Origin: a cyanobacterium endosymbiont of Epithemia clementina EcSB
GTDB lineage: Bacteria; Cyanobacteriota; Cyanobacteriia; Cyanobacteriales; Microcystaceae
Direction of reading: 5' to 3'
DNA length: 32,000 nt
Assembly (NCBI RefSeq): GCF_029919255.1
Contig: NZ_CP123991.1
Location: forward strand, 85,110 to 117,109
The notes below the pieces were generated by a model. The model ran no database searches, was not told the DNA's origin, and worked only from the letters and a program-made list of their open reading frames with translations. Positions 19,786-29,677 of the stretch are shown here, piece by piece. A program made the translations under genes and the position numbers. Numbering within the stretch: the first letter of the stretch is position 1; every line of letters begins with the position of its first letter.

Positions 19786-19912
19786 AATTTTATGTAGATA
19801 AATAACATTTTCAGATTCTTTGTTAAGTTTAACAATATATAGGCTCACTATTGAGAGTTAGATGACAAAATACTCATAATCTAGTTAGTTATATAAGTCA
19901 GGAGGTGACGAG

Positions 19913-20535
19913 TTGGGCACAATTTTAAGAACCTGGAGTTATCAATATTCTTGGTTACATAACACTATTTCCCATTTAGCATCTCTAAATGTCGAAGGCG
20001 GAAGAGAGTTTTTTTACCTTACCATTGAAAATGTTCCTCTAACGTCTGATACTGGGATTTTAGATTTGATTTATGCTATGACGGAGGTCAAACCACTAAC
20101 TTTCTACTGAAACAATGGGACTTAACGTCTCATCGACTTCCCTTTATTAGACAGTTAAAACGATTTTTGGAGCCAATCGTTTTGACGAGTTAGCTAAACA
20201 AATTTCTTTTGCTCAATCGAAATTTGGTTTAGTTCATGCGAGTTTTGCTCAAGTTACTCTCCACGAAATGGAAACCAAGCAACTCGAGGAAAATTTTTAA
20301 TGTTTATCAGATTCTTAATCCTGAGGAGGTTTTTGCTTTAATTAATTTACATAAGTCGACGGATCGTTTAGTTTGTCCACTTTTAACTATTTTTCTGTGG
20401 ACATTTGAAATGAAGACAGCTTGAAAGATGCTCAACACTGACTTAGTGACAAAGTTGACTTCAGTAGGTTTTCGAGATTGTCAACAACGACTCTATGGAG
20501 CAGGAAATTTGCAAGTAATTCAAGTTAAGAAATAA
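19913..20535 (+). pseudogene. Class I SAM-dependent methyltransferase, disrupted
   Basis: The fragments read TWSYQYSWLHNTISHLASLNVEGGREFFYLTIENVPLTSDTGILDLIYAMTEV (a degenerate VLDLCCGxG SAM motif), ..FAQVTLHEMETKQ.. (ALHEMP-type) and WTFEMKTA*KMLNTDLVTKLTSVGFRDCQQRLYGAGNLQVIQVKK*. They are spread over several frames with internal stops. Confidence 0.6.
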
Positions 20536-20577
20536 GATTAAAAATGACCCCTCCATCATATTGAGGTAAATAAACAA

Positions 20578-21135
20578 ATGTCCAAAACCAAATTATTACA
20601 ACCTGATTTAGTTTTGGGAGATACTATTCTTGGTTTAACACCAGAAATTCTTACCCATTATCACATTAAAGGATTAGTCTTGGATGTAGACGAAACCTTG
20701 GTTCCCATCAAACAAAGTCAAGTCTCCCAAGAACTTGAGCAGTGGATAGAAACTATTAGACAAATGACTCCCATTTGGCTAGTCAGTAATAACTTAAGTG
20801 AAGGTCGAATTAAGAGAATTGCCAACAGCTTAACTTTACCTTATCTATTGGGGGCGGTAAAACCTTCTCGACGCAAATTACGGCAGGCTGTCCAGGCAAT
20901 GGAACTTCCAGTTAATGGTGTAGCTATGGTGGGTGATCGCCTATTTACGGATGTTCTCGCTGGTAATCGTCTGGGAATGTTCACCATTCTCGTCAAGCCT
21001 ATGACAGATACTGCTGTGGCCGCTCGTCACTCCCCCATCCACAATTTTGAAATCTGGCTATCTCAAATCTTGGGGGTGTCTCTGATAGTCTCACAACATG
21101 AATTTACTAAAGATGATCAATCTTTAAGAGGCTAA
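20578..21135 (+). CDS. YqeG-family HAD-IIIA phosphatase
   Basis: 185-aa ORF with HAD motif I LVLDVDETLV, motif II VSNN and motif IV MVGDRLFTDVLAGNRLGMFTILVKP. Confidence 0.8.
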   Translation: MSKTKLLQPDLVLGDTILGLTPEILTHYHIKGLVLDVDETLVPIKQSQVSQELEQWIETIRQMTPIWLVSNNLSEGRIKRIANSLTLPYLLGAVKPSRRKLRQAVQAMELPVNGVAMVGDRLFTDVLAGNRLGMFTILVKPMTDTAVAARHSPIHNFEIWLSQILGVSLIVSQHEFTKDDQSLRG

Positions 21136-21223
21136 TTCTGAATAACTTGATTTCCTATTTTAGGTTAGCCTTCTCGAGAAGAACTTAAACCTATCATCCG
21201 CAACTACTAACCCCTACTTTAAC

Positions 21224-21259
21224 TGGTCTGACAATATTTGATGGTCTGACAATATTTGT
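21224..21259. repeat. Two-copy tandem direct repeat, 18-bp period (tggtctgacaatatttg x2)
   Basis: Read directly: 21224..21240 and 21242..21258 are identical 17-mers separated by one base. On the minus strand this reads in frame as QILSDH-QILSDQ within gene debris. Confidence 0.9.
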
Positions 21260-21987
21260 GTGATATAAGCACTATAAAAATCTCTTGTTTGAAAAGCTGC
21301 TTTTTCCGGATCAACATCGTATGTGAGATACAACATCTACATCTTTTTTGTCGCATAAACAGATTTCATCTATAAATAAGAGTAAGCAAATTAATATCTA
21401 TTGTCAGCACGTCACGTATTTTTAATCAAACAAATAAGTATCTTAGTTTTATAAAATTTTCTTAGATCAAATATTCCTCAAAATTTTTACGAGTAGATTC
21501 ACAGATTTTTTACTCTCGTGAGTATGTCTACTTGTTCGGAAATAAAACGCGGTTGCTCAATAGATTAAACTTGTCAGTAAGTCATTTTAATATCTTCTGA
21601 AAGCCTTATAATTAGGGCCTTTAAGTAACTGTCGTCGCAATATGATTCGATTTTATTGATTGTGATAGTCTGTTGGTCTTTATGTCAATGATTGGAGGTA
21701 ATTCATTGCTATTCTCCAAGAAATTTGTGTTTTGTGATCTCTTTAATAAGAATATGACCACAAATTCTCGTTCTAGTTACGGTTGTGGAATTTCTCCTAT
21801 CACATCAGGTCAATTTTAGCTGCTAGTATTTTCTTTATAGATGTTTTGGCAATGGCATAGGATAAATAAAGGGAAAGGGTAAAAATTTATTTCTTGGATA
21901 ACCTTGAGAAGGTTTATTTATAAATGATTATCGGACTGTAATGTATTTCACATAGCGGCAAAAAGCTAATGATTGGTTATCTATAAA

Positions 21988-22045
21988 AGATCTATTTAGC
22001 CAGAGGTCTCGACTCTTTTTAAGAGACCTCTAGCTAAATAGATCT
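21988..22045 (-). terminator. Long hairpin immediately 3' of the PfkB kinase gene (candidate intrinsic or bidirectional terminator)
   Basis: The arms are agatctatttagccagaggtctc (21988..22010) and gagacctctagctaaatagatct (22023..22045). That gives 23 bp with one mismatch and a 12-nt loop. It starts 28 nt downstream of the stop at 22073. On the minus strand a short T-rich run (tttata) follows. Confidence 0.45.
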
Positions 22046-22072
22046 ACACTCAATTGCTAATAGAAAAATCTT

Positions 22073-23062
22073 TTAACTTGTTAGTAGAGATTTTAATTCT
22101 TCAGTACTTAAACGAGGTCCATAACTAGTAACAATACGAGAAGAAGCCTTTGAAGCGAAATCGCCCGCTTGGCCATAGGTCATACCGTGAGTGATCCCAT
22201 AAAGAAATGCCCCTGCATACATGTCTCCTGCGCCAACTGTATCAATAGCCTGGACGGGATAAGGAGCAATTTCAATTAATTCCTGACCATCAAAAACTAA
22301 TGATCCTTTCGATCCACGAGTGATAGCAAACCCCTTAGCTAGAGTTTTTAAATAGGAGATCATCTTGGAAAAATCTTTTGTATTAGATATTTTTGCAGCT
22401 TCTGTTTCATTGGCAAAAATGAAATCTAACCCAGAGCCAATAATCTTTAATAACCCATTTTTAAAAAACTCGACTATGTTTGGATCAGATAAGGAAAAAG
22501 TAGTTTTTCCCCCTGAACTTTCTGTAATTTCCCTAGCTTTAATGGCTGCTACTTGAGCAGTTGGGGAGGTGACTAAATATCCTTCCAAGTAAAGATATTC
22601 AGAGTCGGATATTGCTTCGAGGACTAATTCTTGTTCGGACAAACTGCCCGAAACACCTAAAAATGTATTCATGGTGCGATCGGCATCAGGAGTCACCATA
22701 ACTAAGCATTTTCCAGTGGTTCCCTCTTCGCTATCGCCATTATGTTCATTGGTGTCTAATCCACACTGGCGTAAGTCTTCCAAATAGAATTTTCCTGCCT
22801 CATCCGCCGCTACTTTACAAGAATAAAACCCGTTACCACCTAATTGACTAATAGCTATCATAGTATTAGCAGCAGAGCCTCCACCACTTTGCTTACATGG
22901 TTGTCTATTGAGCTTTTTTAATAACTCCTCTTGACGGACTTCATCCACGAGAGTCATAACACCTTTATCAATGTTTAATACTTTAAATAATTCTGGTGAA
23001 ACTTTAAATTCTATATCTACTAAAGCGTTACCAACACCATAAACATGATATTTTTTTCCCAT
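22073..23062 (-). CDS. PfkB-family kinase, adenosine kinase-like
   Basis: It has the N-terminal [11 protein letters not shown], the GG motif [12 protein letters not shown] and the ATP/anion-hole motif [16 protein letters not shown]. The ORF track begins at a TTG (23086). I prefer the ATG at 23060..23062 (MGKKYHVYG..). Confidence 0.8.
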   Translation of the reverse strand: MGKKYHVYGVGNALVDIEFKVSPELFKVLNIDKGVMTLVDEVRQEELLKKLNRQPCKQSGGGSAANTMIAISQLGGNGFYSCKVAADEAGKFYLEDLRQCGLDTNEHNGDSEEGTTGKCLVMVTPDADRTMNTFLGVSGSLSEQELVLEAISDSEYLYLEGYLVTSPTAQVAAIKAREITESSGGKTTFSLSDPNIVEFFKNGLLKIIGSGLDFIFANETEAAKISNTKDFSKMISYLKTLAKGFAITRGSKGSLVFDGQELIEIAPYPVQAIDTVGAGDMYAGAFLYGITHGMTYGQAGDFASKASSRIVTSYGPRLSTEELKSLLTS

Positions 23063-24108
23063 AAATTTTTTCTTGCCTGACGACAAACCTCTAAAATGTT
23101 CAATCCTATTCTAGGGTAAAATAGAGAATTGGTATTATAACTTTGGTTAGTTTAGCAATACATAATATTTAAAATTAGCTATTAAGATTAGCTACTAATT
23201 AATATTAAGTTAACTTATTTTAACAAGATCAATTTATTAAATTTAAAGATAAAGTTGAAGTTATTTAACTTTATCTCTTGGATTAATTTTTGACTCTAGC
23301 TTTATCAACATAAAAAGTTGCTAAAATCGTAAATAAAAATGATAATTAAGTCTGAATAATTCAAGCAAAACTGTAATCTTAAGCACAACTATATTTTACC
23401 ATTAGTTTTTTATTACTGTGAAGATAATCTAAGATAGTTTAAATTTTAAGCTTAGCTTAACCGATGGCAGAAATTGCTACAATAGGAAAATATAGATAAA
23501 CAATAAGCTATTTTAACGTTTAAATGCGAATAGTCACTCGAAAATGATCGACCTATCCCGATTAATGTAAATTTTAGCATTTTTTAAAAAAATGAACTTA
23601 TTTAAATTAAGTTAATCAACATAATAAGCAGTCTAAATCGTGTATATATAGTAATTTTTTTTTGATAAATACCTATTTAATTGCCATCATTATTTTGTCT
23701 TAAACGCATTGTATTATTGATTAATAAGCTTTTAACAATGAATAACTAAATCAATTAAACTAATGTAAAAACTGATTAAAATTATTTAATGCTTTTTTTA
23801 AAAAATAAAGGTTAAATACTGTAAACTGTTTTTCATAACTTTAATAAAAACTTAATCTTCAATTTTAAAGAGCTTTTAAATTAATAAAAGTATCTCTAAT
23901 AAAAAGTTTAGAAAAATCTAAAGAAAAGTATAATGGCAACTTTACATAAAATATAAATTTTATGTAAAAAAATATATAAATATAATAATACTTGCCAATA
24001 AAAACTCTAGCATCAGATATAAAATATCGATACGTTTACTAAAAAATAGACATCAATACTGAATACAAATTATTTTTTACCAACATTAGTGACTACTCCT
24101 TAAAACTG

Positions 24109-24147
24109 CTTAGCTGCTATAGTTAAAATATAACTATAGCAGCTAAG
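24109..24147. repeat. Perfect 17-bp inverted repeat with 5-nt loop (cttagctgctatagtta aaata taactatagcagctaag)
   Basis: Read directly. It lies inside the largest gene-free AT-rich block, about 370 bp beyond the 3' end of the ctp gene. Confidence 0.8.
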
Positions 24148-24513
24148 TAGAATTGGTAAGGCTTTAATAAGCCTATCAATAAGCTAAGTTAAACTTTTTA
24201 TTACTGTTGACAAGACTATTTTTATTAAAAATAGAGATAATTTCATTACTCCTAGTTTAGAAAAGCTAGGATGGTAAAAAATTTTTACTGTTTTTAGTTA
24301 AGACAATTGTTTATTGCTTTTATTCAAGGTTTACTCGTCATGTAAACCACGGTTATTTAATAGACTTAAATAAGAGCTTCTCCCGTTTGTCCATGCTTAA
24401 TAAACAAAGGAGAAAAAACAGACATCACAACCCCTGCCTTCTCCTGCTATTTAAGTCTTAAGTGACTCAAGGCTCAATGCTACTAATTTTTACCACCAGA
24501 TGCCTGAACTAGG

Positions 24514-25806
24514 TTATTGACCTATAGCCTGGGTATTGATTTCTTTGGGATTGGTTATTTGTTGTTTAAGTACTTCAAACGCTTTATCAAACTGTGGATC
24601 ACCAAAACTTCCAATCCGTTCGCGATCTTGTTGGAGAGCTTTGCGTTCGTCGTCGCTCAATTCAAATATGACATCAGGGTCAATACCTTGTTCATTAATA
24701 TCTCGGCCACTGGGAGTAAGATACTTAGCGATGGTGACAGCTACGCCAGAGCCATCCCCTAATCCCTGAACAGACTGCACTAAGCCTTTACCAAAAGTCT
24801 GAGTCCCTACAATCATAGCACGTCTATGATCTTGTAAAGCTCCTGATAAAATTTCACTAGCACTCGCTGAGCCACCATCCACTAATACCACTAGGGGTTT
24901 ATCTGTTAAGGCATGGTGACTAGCTCGTTGTTGCTCTTCTTTTCCATCACGAGCAACTGTTGAGACAATTTTTCCTTCATCAAGCCACATCCGAGCGATT
25001 TCGATGCTTGAATATAGCAATCCTCCAGGGTTAGAACGAAGGTCTAAAATATAACCGTTAACATGTTTGGCCTCTAAATTTTTAATAGCCTCTCGCATTT
25101 CTTGACCAGCTTGACTACTAAATTGAGTGAGACGAATATAGCCAATCAACCCAATGGGGGTTTGTTGAGAACGAGAGCGAACAGGGTTTAGCTCTATGCG
25201 CGCTCTAATAAGAGGATAATCGGTTTCTTCAGCACTACGGCGAATTGTTAAAATCACTTCACTGCCCGGTTTACCCCGAATCAACCGAACAGCATCTCCA
25301 ACATCCATCCCCTTAGTAATTTTGCCATTAATTTTTGTAATAATATCTTTAGATAAAATTCCAGCCTTAAACGCTGGGGTGTTCTCAATGGGAGCAACTA
25401 CCATCAATTCGTTAGTTTCTTCATCCTTGGTAATTTGAATACCTACTCCAGTTAATTCTCCTGAAGTATCAATTTGCATATTTTTGAATTCTTCAGGATC
25501 CATAAAGCGAGTATATGGATCTTCAAGTCTTTCAAGCATTTCCCGAATCGCTTTATAAGCGTCCTCCCTATCAACATAAGGACGTTTTAAATATTCTTGA
25601 CGAACAGCTCGCCAATTTACTTGATTAAACGTTTCGTCAACATAATTCCGGTTAATGATCTGCCAGACTTCATCAACTAGTTCTTTTGGACTATCTTGAA
25701 AAAAAGCTTGACTCTGGGAGAAGCGGAGTCCTCCACCTGTGACCGCAACCGCAGTCAAGATAGCCGCAGTCGCGCCGAGAATCAGCCCGCGTTTTTGATT
25801 AACCAT
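24514..25806 (-). CDS. S41-family carboxyl-terminal processing peptidase (Ctp)
   Basis: It has an N-terminal TM/signal segment, a PDZ segment (GVGIQI..VVAPIENTPAFKAGI) and the catalytic context VVLVDGGSASASEI...TFGKG (Ser/Lys dyad). The ORF track starts at a TTG (25824). The ATG at 25804..25806 (MVNQKRGL..) is more plausible. Confidence 0.88.
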   Translation of the reverse strand: MVNQKRGLILGATAAILTAVAVTGGGLRFSQSQAFFQDSPKELVDEVWQIINRNYVDETFNQVNWRAVRQEYLKRPYVDREDAYKAIREMLERLEDPYTRFMDPEEFKNMQIDTSGELTGVGIQITKDEETNELMVVAPIENTPAFKAGILSKDIITKINGKITKGMDVGDAVRLIRGKPGSEVILTIRRSAEETDYPLIRARIELNPVRSRSQQTPIGLIGYIRLTQFSSQAGQEMREAIKNLEAKHVNGYILDLRSNPGGLLYSSIEIARMWLDEGKIVSTVARDGKEEQQRASHHALTDKPLVVLVDGGSASASEILSGALQDHRRAMIVGTQTFGKGLVQSVQGLGDGSGVAVTIAKYLTPSGRDINEQGIDPDVIFELSDDERKALQQDRERIGSFGDPQFDKAFEVLKQQITNPKEINTQAIGQ

Positions 25807-26013
25807 AAGCCTAAATTTATGCAAAGATAAAAGGGTAAAGAGATTTTTTGCTAACTGCGTGCCAACTGTGACACTTGAACCTGAAATAATGCGACTCGGT
25901 ATATCTTCTACTATTGAATTGTTTAGTTCATAGAGATAGACAATCAGTTATTTTCTAATTAGAGTACTTTCCTCTAGTTATAACATCTTTTGAAAGTAGG
26001 TACAGTCATCCTA

Positions 26014-26793
26014 ATGATGAATAACACACCAGTTGATGCTGATACATTGAAAAGTAGGCGACAAACTTTACGTATTCAGCGAAAATTAAAAGCATGGCAA
26101 GGTGTCTGGCGTTTTTTAGCCCTTTCGGGGATGGTGGGAGGATTAGTCTGGATGGTCAGTTGGCCTCATTGGGTGATCAAAGATAAATCACAAATTAAGA
26201 TTGTAGGAAATCGACTATTGTCTTCAGAGAAAATTCAGCAGCTCCTTAAGCTATCTTATCCTCAGTCTATCTGGCAACTACCTCTTCATCAATTGACCCA
26301 ACAATTGAAGGCAGAACCCCCATTGAAAGATATTCATCTTACTCGTCAGCTTTTTCCAACTCAGATAACTGTTACTGTGAAGGAACGAAAACCTATTGCT
26401 ATAGGTACTTCTTCTCAAGGTGATGGCTATCTTGACGCTACTGGAGTCTGGATTCCTAAAAAATTCTATCAAGAAGATACAAAAGTTGAGACAGAACAAG
26501 ACCTTACAGTACTTGGTTTTGAGCCTCAATATCGTTCCCATTGGCTTGAAATATATCACCTAATTCTTCAGTCTCCTATAAGTGTTATGACAGTGGATTG
26601 GCGAGACCCAAGTAATCTGATTTTAAAAACTGAATTGGGAACCGTTTATTGTGGTCCTTATGGTGAACGCTTTCGGGAACAATTGCAGGTTTTAGGCAAA
26701 ATGAGAACCCTTTCATCCCGTGTTCCTCCAAACCGGATTTTTTACTTAGATGTGACTAATCCTCGGTCTCCTTCAGTTCGTTTAACTCCTTAG
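26014..26793 (+). CDS. ftsQ: Cell division protein FtsQ/DivIB-like
   Basis: It has a basic N-terminus, a single TM helix (VWRFLALSGMVGGLVWMVSW) and a POTRA-like region (IKIVGNRLLSSEKIQQLL). Its position directly upstream of ftsZ matches the usual cyanobacterial arrangement. The ORF-track TTG start is at 25990; the ATG at 26014 is preferred. Confidence 0.8.
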   Translation: MMNNTPVDADTLKSRRQTLRIQRKLKAWQGVWRFLALSGMVGGLVWMVSWPHWVIKDKSQIKIVGNRLLSSEKIQQLLKLSYPQSIWQLPLHQLTQQLKAEPPLKDIHLTRQLFPTQITVTVKERKPIAIGTSSQGDGYLDATGVWIPKKFYQEDTKVETEQDLTVLGFEPQYRSHWLEIYHLILQSPISVMTVDWRDPSNLILKTELGTVYCGPYGERFREQLQVLGKMRTLSSRVPPNRIFYLDVTNPRSPSVRLTP

Positions 26794-27086
26794 TCTACTT
26801 TTTTGATTAAAACGCCAATTTTCAACTATTTGTTTGCGATTTCTGACTTTATCTTTTTAAGATAACAATTATGCTTATCACGTAAAAAGATTGACAAACT
26901 CTCACCAGATTTTTAGTGTATAAGATGAGACAAGTACGTATAAATAGTAAGCTCTTATGTGTAGGTGAATGTTTAATCCATTCCATGAGTATACTAAGTC
27001 TAAAATTGATTAGCTCTGTTTAAGACTGATCAAACGGACTGTCGTCTAATTCCTTTTCAACTGTTCCTAATCAATCGTCAATTAAA

Positions 27087-28352
27087 ATGACCTCTAGTGA
27101 AAAATTGATTTCCAGTAATTCGAGTCTTGGTAATACTCAATCTTCCGAAGTGTCAAGTGGAATGGACGATTGTCATGTTAACAATAACAGTCTATTCTTG
27201 CCTCGATTGAACGATCCTTCAGAATCCCTTATAGAAGACACCATGAGCAACAGAATAGTGCCAAATAACGTTGCTAAAATAAAGGTCATTGGCGTTGGTG
27301 GCGGCGGATGTAATGCAGTCAACCGCATGATTGAAAGTTCCTTAAATGGAATTGAGTTTTGGGCCATCAACACTGATGCTCAGGCTCTTTCTCAATCAGC
27401 AGCTCCTCAACGTTTACAAATTGGACAGAAATTAACTAGAGGTCTAGGAGCAGGCGGAAATCCATCTATTGGGACTCAAGCTGCTGAGGAGTCTCGGGAC
27501 GAAATCGCTCACGCTTTGGAAAATACTGACCTTGTTTTTATTACGGCTGGCATGGGTGGAGGCACTGGAACAGGAGCAGCTCCTATCGTTGCCGAGGTAG
27601 CAAAGGAAATGGGCTGTCTGACGGTGGGAGTTGTTACCCGTCCTTTTAGCTTTGAAGGACGACGGCGCACAACTCAGGCGGCAGAGGGTGTCAATAACCT
27701 GCAAAATAATGTTGATACTTTAATTGTCATTCCTAATAATCAGTTACTACAGGTTATTCCTCCAGATACTCCCTTGCAAGAGGCATTTTTGACAGCTGAT
27801 AATATTCTTCGACAGGGAGTACAAGGAATTTCGGATATTATTACAATTCCTGGTTTAGTTAATGTAGACTTTGCGGATGTTAGGGCAGTGATGGCTGACG
27901 CTGGATCAGCATTAATGGGGCTAGGAACAGGTTCAGGGAAATCCCGTGCCAATGATGCGGCAGTACAGGCGATTTCTTCTCCTCTATTAGAACATTCGAT
28001 TAAGGGAGCTAAAGGGGTTGTTTTTAACATTACTGGGGGTAGTGATCTCACTCTTCATGAAGTAACAACGGCGGCTGAAACTATTTTTGAGGTAGTTGAT
28101 CCCGAGGCCAATATTATTTTTGGAGCAGTTATTGATTCAGTGTTACAAGGAGAAGTAATAATCACGGTCATTGCGACAGGCTTTAGTGGAGAATCTGACA
28201 ATGCAGCTTCAAAAACACTAAAGAGTACTTCCACTTCTACACGAACAGTAAACAATACCCCAACTACCAAAGCTCCTGAGTCAGAATCTCCCAAACCCAC
28301 AGGGTTAGACATTCCAGACTTTCTTCAACAACGTCGTTTTCCAAGACGTTAG
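27087..28352 (+). CDS. ftsZ: Cell division GTPase FtsZ
   Basis: 421 aa with [13 protein letters not shown], the tubulin signature [17 protein letters not shown], and a C-terminal conserved peptide [14 protein letters not shown]. It has the N-terminal extension typical of cyanobacterial FtsZ. Confidence 0.97.
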   Translation: MTSSEKLISSNSSLGNTQSSEVSSGMDDCHVNNNSLFLPRLNDPSESLIEDTMSNRIVPNNVAKIKVIGVGGGGCNAVNRMIESSLNGIEFWAINTDAQALSQSAAPQRLQIGQKLTRGLGAGGNPSIGTQAAEESRDEIAHALENTDLVFITAGMGGGTGTGAAPIVAEVAKEMGCLTVGVVTRPFSFEGRRRTTQAAEGVNNLQNNVDTLIVIPNNQLLQVIPPDTPLQEAFLTADNILRQGVQGISDIITIPGLVNVDFADVRAVMADAGSALMGLGTGSGKSRANDAAVQAISSPLLEHSIKGAKGVVFNITGGSDLTLHEVTTAAETIFEVVDPEANIIFGAVIDSVLQGEVIITVIATGFSGESDNAASKTLKSTSTSTRTVNNTPTTKAPESESPKPTGLDIPDFLQQRRFPRR

Positions 28353-29100
28353 TTGATCAATAAGTATACCTTGAATGACTTTTATCAAAAAAATATCATA
28401 GATTTTTAAAGTCGACCTTAGAAATATAAAAATTCTAAAATTTTCTGGTCACGTCATAAGTTCACTCGTGTAAAACATCAGTCTAAGTAATTTGATCGAG
28501 GTGATTTTATTTTTTAACACCAGAAATATCTTGGAGTCGAAAGATATCATCTAAAAAATATGCTGACCGTGCTGGTTAGTAAAAAGAAGGGAAATAGTAA
28601 AGAAATAACTATGATAACTAGAATTTTAGTATGGCAGCTGTAGGTTGTTTTTCTGTTGCTTAATTAGTATTTCTATTACTGATACTGTTGTCCTGGGACA
28701 TCTATATACTAGAGCTTTTTTTTGTGATTAGTAATTTAGATAGAAGAAAAAACTTAACAACCACAACAATAATAAGCCGATAAAAAACCTGAACACTACT
28801 CTTAATTATTGATAATTAATTAAGGAAAATTATGATGGCAAAAATATTTTTAAAAGATGAATTTTTTGTATGGATACTTAAAGTGCTAAAAACACTATTA
28901 TTTTTGATTTGGCAGATAACCAGTTATCTTTTGAAGTCTTTACCAACTAGCCCTAAAAATATTGCTATTGAGGATTAAAATTAACGATTACAGATCAACC
29001 CGACCAATCCGTGTTTAGAGTCTAGGGTTTATTTAGTTGATAACTAAATTTTTTAACTATCTGTAAACGGATATAATCATACCGGACTTATGATCTGGAA

Positions 29101-29300
29101 TCAACCAGTAAAATTCCAAGTCAATAAACTTAGTAATCGAGAATTTATAAAATTTCTTAATCCATAAGCTCTCCTTTTAATTAACTCCAATTTATTATTA
29201 ATATCTTTTACTACTTTTAAAGTTATTACTTGATTTAAATAAGTAATTATTTCTACAATTAAACACCTAATTATTCTACAGAAATTAACTTCTAATAAAT
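29101..29300 (-). mobile_element. ISL3-family-like transposase C-terminal relic
   Basis: The minus-strand translation is NFCRIIRCLIVEIITYLNQVITLKVVKDINNKLELIKRRAYGLRNFINSRLLSLLTWNFTG*. This matches the conserved ISL3 C-terminal pattern (..I.NYF..RITNG.VEGINNKLK.IKR.AYGFRNF.NFRLR.LL.W.F). Only the last 65 or so codons are recognisable. No terminal inverted repeats were identified. More debris may extend to about 29650. Confidence 0.45.
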
Positions 29301-29677
29301 AAGTTTGTAAAAGCCGATATTCGATTTGGTTAATTTCAATAGTTTTGACACTCAGTTTAATTTTTTATAAAAAACTATTTCTAGTCTCTCTTTAAGTTGA
29401 TTAGTAATCCTATACTAAAACGTCATTTATTGAGGTTTGGTACTATGAATATAAAATATTGTTTTAATACTTGCCGAGGCATTTTATATAATGAATCATT
29501 GCTATTTAATATTTAAACGGCATTTTATGTTATTCCTAAAAACTGCTCTCTAAATATTTAAAGTAAAAAATATTTAGGAAGATTTTATCCATAGATTAAT
29601 TGTTAACTAGTAAATATTGAGTCAGTTTATGTTAGCTTAGGTAGTCTACTTAATGAAAAAATGTCCTTACAAAAACA

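Noticed and set aside
24517-24769. Two overlapping + strand ORFs (81 and 77 aa) inside the ctp gene
   Set aside because: They are antisense shadow frames of the S41 peptidase, with no start context and no recognisable motifs.
26891-26925. TTGACA hexamer upstream of ftsZ as a -35 element, paired with tataag
   Set aside because: The spacing to the only decent -10-like hexamer is about 22 nt, which is too long for a sigma70-type promoter. It is not reported as a feature.
27173-28312. Four antisense ORFs (66-103 aa) inside ftsZ from the ORF track
   Set aside because: These are shadow ORFs on the opposite strand of a strongly supported, relatively GC-rich conserved gene. The translations are low-complexity (Ser/Pro/Ala/Thr-rich) with no family resemblance.
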